IMG/VR virus record: IMGVR_UViG_3300042505_001397
Origin: an uncultured virus (IMG/VR IMGVR_UViG_3300042505_001397)
Taxonomy: Duplodnaviria > Heunggongvirae > Uroviricota > Caudoviricetes
Reading direction: 5' to 3' (one strand)
DNA: 64,000 nt
Part shown: piece by piece, positions 29,323-38,445 of the stretch
Layout of the letters: each line of letters begins with the position of its first letter
Position numbering within the stretch: the stretch's first letter is position 1
Notes under the pieces: model-generated
Told to the model about the DNA's origin: nothing
Database searches by the model: none
The model's input: the letters and a program-made list of their open reading frames with translations, nothing else
Program-made: the position numbers and the translations under genes

Positions 29323-29338
29323 GGGTTAATTTAACGGG
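29323..29338 (-). promoter_or_regulatory. 16-bp repeated motif, candidate phage RNAP promoter (copy 2)
   Basis: CCCGTTAAATTAACCC just after the RNAP stop and upstream of scaffold/capsid. Confidence 0.7.
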
Positions 29339-29343
29339 TTTCG

Positions 29344-30775
29344 TTAACCTACTCCATACCATCCGTAATCATTTTTGAAATCTGAAGGAACTTCTTTTAC
29401 AATGTCTTCTTTCAAAAGAATATCAGACTCTTTAAGAACCTTTCCTCCGACAACAGATCTACCTGCAATCGGAATCAAACCAATGTCTATTGCTTCGTTC
29501 AGATATTGATCGTAAAGTTCTTGAGGCAAACCTCTTGCCCTCATTTCATCCAGAGTAGACACTATAACATTTCTGTCCAGTGTTTTTGCATAGATTTTTC
29601 TCAAAGCATTCCTAGCATTCAACATATCAGCTGCATTTGCAAAGAAAGCGTCATGAATAGTGCTCGTGGGAATGTTATTTTCCTTTCCCCATAGATGAAA
29701 ATTTTTAACAATTGTCGCGTCGTTAGAATGATTCCCGTTAACTGCAAAGGCAGTGCGCGCTCTTGTTGAATCGGCAATGTCATTTATTTTGCCGTCCTTA
29801 TTCATCATTTCTTCCCACCAAGTTAGTTCAGTCTTTTGAGGTACTTGCAATATATTGGTGGTCCACTCGCCTTGTTTATTCTTATAAAAAAGTCTTTCTT
29901 CAAATTGTTGTGTGAAATTTTGTTCGATCACTTTACCATCAAAATTAACCCAAGGAACATTTGTCCATGATTTAGGCATTTTATTAGCACTCAGTAATTC
30001 CACTTCAAACACATCTTGCTCTTGAATAAACTTACCTTTTAATAAATTAGAGGGTGTTGGTAATGCAGGCCTTAAGAAAGACAATTTAAAGTATTTACCA
30101 CCTGTACGTCTTGCTTCCGGTGTTGCTGTCCCATAAAGAATGTCATGTAGGTTACTATTTGGCTTATAAAAACTTAAGCGTTTCAAAGCTTTCTCACTTA
30201 AAGATTCTCCAGCTTTTAAGCCTAAAATTCTGCTAAGTGTATCTGGCAAAACATACCCTTTCTTTTTACTGCCAAACACTTTTTCTCTCACAATTGCATT
30301 CCAATTAAAAGCAGCTGTGGATGGTTTTGCATTATTCAGATAGTCTTCTGCAAGTCTACCAAAGAACTTCGTGAAGTCTTTTAAGATAGGTACTTGCTCT
30401 CTCAGATGTTCACTCATTATTTTTGCAATATCTTTAAAATCACCTGGAGTGACAATCCTTTCATAATTTAAAGAAAGTTTCTCCACAAGATCTTTTGTTT
30501 TAGGCTCCAAGAAATAAAGCTGATCTAGAATCTCGTCACCTGGATCTAACCCTTTATTAAAGATGTCTTTAACGTTTTCTCTAAGTGCTCTTAATTCATC
30601 CGCAGTCACTTGATCAAACTTATCGTACCTTGCAATACGAGCTGATATCTCATTGAGTACCGTTTCACGATCTGAAGCCTTAACAACTAACGTATCCTTG
30701 TCTTTGCCAAGAACCTTGGAGAGTTTACCCTCTACATTCAGTGTACCAGTCCTCTCACCAGCACCATAGAAAGTT
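29344..30775 (-). CDS. MuF-RNA polymerase fusion, exon 2 (end of motif B, motif C)
   Basis: frame open from A ACT TTC TAT GGT (TFYG) into the 421-aa ORF; AFAVNGNHSNDA and TIHDAF match T7 RNAP PNFVHSQDG and LIHDSF. Confidence 0.88.
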
Positions 30776-31401
30776 CATTTCATATAGGAATAGCCACTAT
30801 CACCGCGTTTTATGCGCTTGGTGATGGTCGAGTGATTAATGCCAAGCACTCTTCCAGCTTCTCTGGTAGATTCAAAATTACCAAAAGGTGTTATGACACC
30901 TTTTTTAAGATGATGTGCATTTCTACCATCTGCAATATCTCCGATTATTATTTCATCTTTCCAATAGTATCCTTTGTGTAAAGTACTTCTACTACCGGCT
31001 TTCTTTGATATTATTGCCTTACTAACTCCGTGTGCTTCTGCTGCAGCTGCAATAGTGGGAAATGACCCTAGAGGCGTTACGACACCTCTTGCAAGCAAGG
31101 AATTATTACCGCTCACAGCTTCTCTTGCCAGCTGATACATCACAGGTGACAGTCTTATACCATCTCTGCTGCACATTGTTGCATAAGCCGTTTTTAAGCC
31201 TCGTTCTTCTGGGAATAGCTTCATAAGCAACCAGTGCGCTAATAGATGGCATCTTGCATTTAAATATATCAGGTTTTCATAAGTGTCCTTACCACCTATA
31301 CATTTCGGAATTATATGATGTCTCTCATAATAACCGTTTATTGGCTTTGAAACACTACCGTGTTTCTCTATCAGATTTGTATATTGTTTTTCGTAATTCA
31401 T
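30775..31401 (-). CDS. intron-encoded HNH homing endonuclease with two NUMOD1/IENR1-like repeats
   Basis: ERHHIIPKCIGG...ENL..L..RCHLLAH; repeats VTPLGSFPTIAAAA and ITPFGNFESTREAG. Confidence 0.88.
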   Translation of the reverse strand: MNYEKQYTNLIEKHGSVSKPINGYYERHHIIPKCIGGKDTYENLIYLNARCHLLAHWLLMKLFPEERGLKTAYATMCSRDGIRLSPVMYQLAREAVSGNNSLLARGVVTPLGSFPTIAAAAEAHGVSKAIISKKAGSRSTLHKGYYWKDEIIIGDIADGRNAHHLKKGVITPFGNFESTREAGRVLGINHSTITKRIKRGDSGYSYMK

Positions 31402-31641
31402 TTTTATATTCCTATTGTATATATTACTATATAGATCAGACTATCTTTTACGTAAGCATCTTTTAAGAATAATACGTCACCGCGCTTCGAGATTGGCATA
31501 ATCTCTACAGACTTCATCAACTGTTCTAGTTGGTATGTCTTAGTCGTTGCACCTTCAAAAGAGTCCCCTCTTAAGCTTGGCTCAGGATTACCCTTTTGAG
31601 GGCTTCCCTGAATTCACGGTGTTTATACAAGGCAACTTTCT
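30776..31641 (-). mobile_element. group I intron (866 nt) in the RNA polymerase gene
   Basis: exon ends in U and intron ends in G; P1 with U-G pair; 8-bp P10 AGAAAGTT/AACTTTCT; core elements AATTCAGGGAA, AATCCTGAGC, GCAACGACTA, AAGATAGTC. Confidence 0.9.
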
Positions 31642-34600
31642 ACCATGTTTTGGGCTTTTGCAGCCTTTCTGAGGTCCTTCTCTGTAAGGCCCAGTTTCTC
31701 GTTGATCACTTTGAATCGCGGGTCGTTGAATGTCGAAGCTGCAATTTCATCATAAAGCCTACGCTTTTGATTTGTAGGTACAACATTAGATAACTCCGCG
31801 AGCTGTTTGTTACGAGTGGTCAACGCGATAATCTGAGCACCTGATGAAGAAGCATCTTGCTCTAGCGCCAATGAGATTTTATACTCTCTGAGCTTTTCCA
31901 AAGATGCTGCAGTATAGTTACCGCCTAAATAGTTATCAATCTTAGCTTGCTCTATGGCAAATCTGAAAAATTTACCCAGCTCTTCACCTTCAATCATATG
32001 CGTTATGTCAGCTTCAAGGATCGCTCTGATATCAGCAGGTTTCTTTGATAACATCAAATTACCAATTCTGACAATTTCAGGTCTCCACTTTTCAGCAACC
32101 TTTTGTCTTCCAGTGATTGTGAGTGAATTATATTTACCTTCAAACTCATCACTGAGACCACCTAAGAAAGCACCTATTTGATCTTGGAAATCTTTGAATT
32201 CTTCTGGACTGAAATTCTTTGCTTCTGCTGTATTGAGGAACGGTCTAAACGTCTCTCCAGATTGTGGTCCGATAAGACCTCTGTCATATATCCTTGCTCG
32301 ATGATCGATAAAAGGATGATTTGAAAAAGAGCGTCCATTAGCTCGTAACCACTGCATAGCTTTAAAGCGCTCATAAGCATCGCCACGAGATGCGATATAT
32401 TTTCGGTACTCATTACGCTCATCATAGAACTGAGCTTTTCCTCGATCATCTTTGAAGTAGAGTAATTTATCAATGAAATCATAAAAGTCTTCATCCACTT
32501 TGTATTTTGTCTTAGATGCCCATGTTAACGCATCCACCATATTCTTGTCAATAAACTCTTCAGGAAACTCACTAAAACTTGAAGATGATGTTATTGGAAT
32601 TCGTGTATCTTCCAAGCCCAATATACCTCTATCCATCCAATAAGTTTTATAACCTTCTCTGAACAGCAAACGATTATCATCTCTAGTGACGCTGACACGT
32701 AAACCCAAATCCACCTTACGATTCAATTGAGAATATTCTTGTATACGTGGATCTGTGACTCTTATATTATAAGCCATTGTGTCATAATATGGGCCAAAAT
32801 AAGCTCCACTCATGCGACTTTTCATTCTACGCTTTTGAACACCAAACGTTTCGACTTCAAAGAATTTGTCAACTTTTTTACTTTCAAGTATTTTCATGCC
32901 AAGATCAAACCACTGGCGTCTCCAACCATTTAAATTTGCCATGTTGTAAAGATCTCTGCCTAGCATTACAGCAAATTGATCCCTGTCTGGACTATCAGCC
33001 AAACTTAACCTGTGAGCAAATCTCAAATAAAATTGATGCAAGTCATCTTCAGATAATCTGCTTCTGATTTTAATTGGAATTTGAGGATCTAAAAATGTTC
33101 TTAATTCATTAGCGATCTTAGGAGCAACTTTATCTTCCCATTGATTTCTTGCTCTTATATTTTTATAAAAGTTATCGTGCAAATCATCAAGCTGAGTAGT
33201 ACCTAAGACAGGATCAATATAATTGTCTTGAAGTAACCGTTTCATCACATCTGTATCTTTTCGCAGTTGTGTTTCAATTGCATCAGAAACGTTCATCACA
33301 TCAAATTTTATTTGTGATTGAACAACGGCTTTAAAATTACCCCAGACTTCTTTATTATCACGATATCTGCCAAATACAATTCTCAAGTTATCTGCAATGA
33401 CGGCTCTTTCATTTACACTCATTGTGTCTGATAAATCGTTCACAAACTTGGTTATGAATTCCTTGTCTCTGTCCAAGAGCTTATCGCTATCTTTGATCAA
33501 TTGTAAGTTATTGTTGAGTACATAAGTGTTTGGCTGATAAAATCTAACGTCTTCATATCTACCTGTGGCGGGGTTGAATTTAATCTGATCTTCTCTCGGT
33601 GCAGAGGTTAGCATCCTATTTCTAGTAGCTTTCTTATTGTGAAGGAGAGTACCACGATAATTAGTATAGGAGAGTGTTCCTTCAAGCTCTTTAGTTTGTA
33701 ATATGTAGTAATCAAGTAATGTTTTCCTCAATTTATCATTCTGAATAAAATCATCCGGTGTGGTTGCCCATAACTGCATTGCATCTAATTTCGCCTTAGC
33801 GTTGGCAAACTTAATTGTGTCGCCATTTAACTCATAAGTGGAATCTGTTGCGGCTCTCAGTTGTTTAACGCCTAGACTCTCGCCCTTATAATTCACAAAT
33901 TGATCCACAGTCAGTTTACCTGTGTTCAAAAGATCAACCTTTTGATAATCACCTAAATGTTTAAGTTGAATATCTCTCGGTTGTCGCATGAGCCAATCAT
34001 TGTAGCTTTCTTTCAGTGGCGTTTGACCATCATAATAAGCAATTTGCTCTTTTGTTAAACCTTCTAAGTTTCTTCGTCTAACTTGAGCAACACCTTCTAG
34101 CTTAGAAATGTCATCCCAGGATTTAAAAACTGGAACTGTTGTGGAGCGGCAATTAAAGTGCGCAGGAGGCAGATGCCCCGTGTCCCCCATATCATAGACA
34201 TGCCCGTCGCGGTGCGCACACAGAGGTGTCGTCCTCGCGTCCAGAACGGCCACATACTGCCACCCTCTGAGTGCCTTTTCGTTGGCACGGTAAACAGCGT
34301 GGTCAACCTGAGCGTGGACGCTGGTGATTGCGGTGACTACCAAGGATCTAGACTGCATTCTGGTTATATTGTGAATGTTGCCTTTACGAATTTCCAAAGC
34401 AATTTCATTTGTTGTCTTACCTTCAGAAATACCTTTGCGAATTAAAGCTTCAATTCTTTTCTTTTCAGAAGTACTCACACCTGACCAACCAGAAGCAAGT
34501 GTTCTATTTTCAAACAAAGGTTTTTCAAGAACAATCTCTTCCGATATACGTCTTTGCGGTCTTTCTGTGCGCCATATCTTACCCATTGTTGTCTCAACAG

Positions 34601-34877
34601 TTTGATAAGCAAAAGATGCTTGATCTGCTGCAAAATCTAATAGGGAACGCTTTGATGTGTTATGAGCTTCACGATAAGTACGTAATAATTCCTTGTCCAA
34701 AGCGTCTTTGAATTTCTTTGATTTTAAGTCGGACGAACCTACCAACTTATCTAACCTAATAACGTGGCCATCAATGATTACTTCAATCTTATCATTGACA
34801 CCTTTCTCAAATAAGCGTATCATTGCCGCTCTGTCTAGTGCTTTGTCATATATTTCAGTATTTACATTAATGGCCAT
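31642..34877 (-). CDS. MuF (SPP1 gp7-like) domain fused to T7-type single-subunit RNA polymerase, exon 1
   Basis: MuF: YVAVLDARTTPLC..RDG..PPAHFNCRST; RNAP: DHRARIY..GPQ, motif A EQDASSSGAQ, motif B RKAAK. Confidence 0.88.
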
Positions 34878-34889
34878 TTATTTATCTCT

Positions 34890-35123
34890 TTATTTTAAAA
34901 ATCCAACAGAACCAATTCTGCGAGTTGCTGTACCTAGTTTATAACCTGTTTTACCCATTCCAAGTTTTTCATACTTAGCTGTTGCAGTTGTTCTGTGCTC
35001 TGGTCTGTGCAATATACCTGAGATAAAACCACCGGTATTGGCTAACACAATTTTTCTTACGCGTTTTCCGCTAGCATTTTTGTTACCCTTCATTGCTGCA
35101 GATCTTTTTCCGCTTTTCGCCAT
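34890..35123 (-). CDS. small basic protein
   Basis: 77 aa, K/R/G-rich, SAAMKGNKNAS motif. Confidence 0.6.
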   Translation of the reverse strand: MAKSGKRSAAMKGNKNASGKRVRKIVLANTGGFISGILHRPEHRTTATAKYEKLGMGKTGYKLGTATRRIGSVGFLK

Positions 35124-35189
35124 TTTTAATGCCTCTGGGATATGAATACAAATTTATCGGCGGAAACCAAATTTTAATTGGGATTGACA

Positions 35190-35564
35190 TTACTTTCTTT
35201 TCTTTGTTAGCGCTTGTCCCAATCTAGCTGCACCATAATTTGTGGCACCACCAACTATTGCTCCACCAATTGCGCCTGGAACTGTACCAAAAGGGCCAGC
35301 CAGCATTGTTCCTGTAAAAGAGCCTCCAATTGCGCCCCCTAAAGTGCCTATTGCACCAGCGGTACGTCTGTGTCTTATTTGCGCTTTTTGGTCTTTATTA
35401 TTACCAATATAAGCGCCACCAACTAAGTTGCCAACTGGTCCAAACAAACCACCAACAACAGCTGTTCTTGCACCGCCTTTAGATGCATTTGTATTACCTT
35501 TTAATGCAGTGGATAATTTTGCATTTTTAATACTTTTACCATGACCTGTGAATCTTGTGTTCAT
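35190..35564 (-). CDS. basic glycine-zipper protein
   Basis: [11 protein letters not shown] motif followed by GxxxG repeats. Confidence 0.65.
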   Translation of the reverse strand: MNTRFTGHGKSIKNAKLSTALKGNTNASKGGARTAVVGGLFGPVGNLVGGAYIGNNKDQKAQIRHRRTAGAIGTLGGAIGGSFTGTMLAGPFGTVPGAIGGAIVGGATNYGAARLGQALTKKRK

Positions 35565-35704
35565 TTCTTTTTCCTCTTTTGTTTAGTACGTTTAGCCACA
35601 TCTAACGCAATTGCAATTGCCTGTTTTTGTGGTTTACCTGATTTCATCTCGGTAGAAATATTCTCAGAGACAGTTTTCTTTGAATAACCTTTCTTAAGGG
35701 GCAT
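35561..35704 (-). CDS. small basic phage protein (47 aa, not in ORF track)
   Basis: [34 protein letters not shown]...KRKKK*; AGGAG RBS; ATGA overlap with next gene. Confidence 0.7.
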   Translation of the reverse strand: MPLKKGYSKKTVSENISTEMKSGKPQKQAIAIALDVAKRTKQKRKKK

Positions 35705-37268
35705 TATTTGCTCCTATTGCGTTTGCATTTTCTGCATTCTGATCTGTTGGCATCAACAACCTATCGGCAGTTATTTCTTGAATAGCTTCCTCATCATTGT
35801 AGTCAGGCGACACCAAATCATTTTGTTTAAGTAAAACCAACCAAACAGATCTCGGCAACAAACCTTGTTGATACCACTCAGTTGCCAATCGCAACCAATC
35901 AGCTCCAAGAGGAACAGGATTAAAATCTGTGGACAGTGAAAATTCTATTTCAGAAACCCTTAATTGCAAATCGTAACGCCAATTCAGCATAAATACAATA
36001 ACTTGCGCCATGATGTTGCTAACTTTGTTATTCAAGGTACCTAACTGTGCTGTTTGAGCTGCATTTCTGATTTCCAATGCGACACCTGATTGTTCAGTTT
36101 CAGGACTCAACATTCTGATACCAAGCTTAGCCATTTCTTCAATACTGGAAGCAATTGCTCTATCCATGTCTTGAAGCGCTGCTGTCGGAGTTTCCAAAAC
36201 CTTGGCATCATCGCCTTGTCTCAAACGTAACCATGTACCCAAACCACCACTCACAATCTCATCAAACTCTTCATCAGTCATGTCTGAAATGATCACCGGT
36301 GTATACGTAGCAGCTCCATAAAGTAAATGATTACGCCTACTAATTTTGTTGTATAGGCTAATTTCCTTATCAATAATAGCGGCTAACATTGGTTCGACTA
36401 AGTCTATTGAACCATTTAAGGGCCAGGCTGGTATAATACTGATCGGCTCGCCATTTGCCATTATATTGCTGAATGTATCAACCAAATCAAATTTGATTGC
36501 ATTGTTTGCAATTTCAACATTTTGTTTGGCCCCTCCAATCACGGGAACACTGGTGGTATTCGAAGATCTTTGGAATTTTCTTATCTGATATTTACCTTCA
36601 ACAAGCTCATGGACGTACACAGTGTCTTTGAATGTTGGATGGAACTCATTCTCATCATAAGATTCTTCAAACACTCTGACAATTACTCTGTCTAAAATTG
36701 CCTTGCCATACTGATTCTCGCTGACTCTCCAGTTTACAATTTGTTCAGCTTTTCTGAGTACTGGATATGGTTTGAAATTTAACAACTCTTCTTTTGCGTA
36801 TGATTCTGCATTTTCCACAACAGGGTAATCCACAAAAACCCATGCTCTAGATGTTTGTACTTCTTCCCAAAGAGCTGCATCCAAAAATGCAGCTAAAGGA
36901 GAATCATCCTTGCCAAATTCGTTTATGATCCAATCATAAGCTTCTTCAGGAATACCATCAGGTAACTCTAATAAAGGTTTCTTTCTGAGCAATCCACCAA
37001 TAATCATTTTTGCAAATTGAGCGGTGATGCCTGGTAATTCAGCTTCAGCTTTGTAAAATTTGTATTGAGCTTGACTCATACTTGGTGAAAACGGTATCAA
37101 AAGATTTTTAAATGTTAATACATCAATATTTGCATCAAAGTCTTTTACATATTGTTCACCACTGCATACAGCTCTACATTTTTGCCATAAAGGGCTCAAT
37201 GACTCATAAGCTGCATTTGGATCTGCGACTGTTTTAACAGCCGATTGTGCTGCATTTGTTACTGCCAT
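35694..37268 (-). CDS. portal protein
   Basis: 524 aa between terminase and head genes; [21 protein letters not shown] patterns. Confidence 0.8.
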   Translation of the reverse strand: MAVTNAAQSAVKTVADPNAAYESLSPLWQKCRAVCSGEQYVKDFDANIDVLTFKNLLIPFSPSMSQAQYKFYKAEAELPGITAQFAKMIIGGLLRKKPLLELPDGIPEEAYDWIINEFGKDDSPLAAFLDAALWEEVQTSRAWVFVDYPVVENAESYAKEELLNFKPYPVLRKAEQIVNWRVSENQYGKAILDRVIVRVFEESYDENEFHPTFKDTVYVHELVEGKYQIRKFQRSSNTTSVPVIGGAKQNVEIANNAIKFDLVDTFSNIMANGEPISIIPAWPLNGSIDLVEPMLAAIIDKEISLYNKISRRNHLLYGAATYTPVIISDMTDEEFDEIVSGGLGTWLRLRQGDDAKVLETPTAALQDMDRAIASSIEEMAKLGIRMLSPETEQSGVALEIRNAAQTAQLGTLNNKVSNIMAQVIVFMLNWRYDLQLRVSEIEFSLSTDFNPVPLGADWLRLATEWYQQGLLPRSVWLVLLKQNDLVSPDYNDEEAIQEITADRLLMPTDQNAENANAIGANNAP

Positions 37269-37291
37269 TAGTCCTCCATTTCATTGCGCAA

Positions 37292-37522
37292 TTAAGCTCT
37301 TAATGCAATATTAAAATCTGCAACAGAACCTTCATAAGTTTCACCAGACAAGCTGTTACGAGCCTCAATGACACCATCTACATCTGTTGGTTTGATCACC
37401 CAGTTTGATGGAACAGTGTCAATAAATTCAATCACAGTTTCTCCCAATTCAATCACAGGTTCTTGTACCGCAACTGCTTGTTTTACAGGAGCAGGTTTAT
37501 TAATTTTTAATTCATCAGCCAT
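37292..37522 (-). CDS. hypothetical protein
   Basis: 76-aa ORF overlapping the endolysin stop. Confidence 0.6.
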   Translation of the reverse strand: MADELKINKPAPVKQAVAVQEPVIELGETVIEFIDTVPSNWVIKPTDVDGVIEARNSLSGETYEGSVADFNIALRA

Positions 37523-37955
37523 AGCGTCTTTTTCCATTTTTGTTAATTATTAAAGCTTCCATTCTGCATTTAGCATCTGGAAAGTTTGGCACTGAAATAT
37601 GAACCCAACGGTCATACTCTAAGATGAGTTGATCATATTTTATATCTGATTCAAATATTGATTGCATGACCATATTGGCTTCAATATTTTTTACTTTAAA
37701 ATCAGCTGCACAGCCAACCATGTGTTGGCTACTTGGCTGACCTTTTACCGCTCTGTTGAGCACTTCACAGCGGTAGCCTGACGAGATAATTATAGGCGCA
37801 TCAATGAACAGCCTCACTTCTTCGAGTTTATTTGCAAGTCTTTTTAAATTCTCAATTATTAAATCTGTAGGAGTGTTATCAATACCCATTCTGACAGCTT
37901 CATCACTATCGATCAACTCTTTGAGAGTAAAGTGCTCACTGAGATTATTGCTCAT
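37515..37955 (-). CDS. peptidase M15 family endolysin
   Basis: LSEHFTL.E, ISSGYRC..LN..V.G..SSQH..G.AAD, WVH zinc-peptidase motifs. Confidence 0.9.
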   Translation of the reverse strand: MSNNLSEHFTLKELIDSDEAVRMGIDNTPTDLIIENLKRLANKLEEVRLFIDAPIIISSGYRCEVLNRAVKGQPSSQHMVGCAADFKVKNIEANMVMQSIFESDIKYDQLILEYDRWVHISVPNFPDAKCRMEALIINKNGKRRYG

Positions 37956-38106
37956 TTTTGTTCTTTTCAGATTTAAATTGACTGTCTGCTTGTTCTTTGA
38001 TTTTGATCAATAAAGGCCAAGCGCCTGTTTTAGTTGGTAATTCGCTTAATACAGCCAAAACCGCATTAACCTCTTCCACTGATAATATTAATGTAACTTC
38101 GTTCAT
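37945..38106 (-). CDS. small hypothetical protein (53 aa, not in ORF track)
   Basis: MNEVTLILSVEEVNAVLAVLSELP...LIKIKEQA; GGAG RBS. Confidence 0.6.
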   Translation of the reverse strand: MNEVTLILSVEEVNAVLAVLSELPTKTGAWPLLIKIKEQADSQFKSEKNKNEQ

Positions 38107-38108
38107 AA

Positions 38109-38432
38109 TTAACTCCAAGGTGTTCCCGATTTTATTTCTTTACGCTCTTTAAATGCAAGCAACTCAGCGTCTGCCTGGTCTTCTAATGAATTCTGACGAT
38201 TACCATTGTCATCTGTTGCATCAAACATTGCCTTAATCCATCCGATTACTTGTTCTTCTGAAACATTTTCATACGGAGTTGGTTCTGCTTTAGGTGCTGC
38301 AAAAGCTGTGTTGTAGCCATGTGTAAACTCATCAGTGCCATCTGCTGCCGTAATTGTAAATGAAGCAGCTACGATAATACCTGCTGCGTCTCTCTGCAAA
38401 TTAATTACTTTATATGAGTATGTGTTATTCAT
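38109..38432 (-). CDS. fibre-associated small protein
   Basis: PYENVSEEQVIGWIK...GTPW pattern; follows the fibre gene. Confidence 0.6.
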   Translation of the reverse strand: MNNTYSYKVINLQRDAAGIIVAASFTITAADGTDEFTHGYNTAFAAPKAEPTPYENVSEEQVIGWIKAMFDATDDNGNRQNSLEDQADAELLAFKERKEIKSGTPWS

Positions 38433-38445
38433 TTTTAATTTCCTA

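Noticed and set aside
28562..29362. 266-aa version of the scaffold ORF
   Set aside because: The extension runs across the promoter motif and AT-rich leader; the ATG at 29224 has an RBS
29344..34877. Reading the RNAP as a pseudogene or as a natural two-subunit enzyme like N4 RNAPII
   Set aside because: Splice-site, P1, P10 and core signatures restore an intact motif B in frame, so an intron explains the split better
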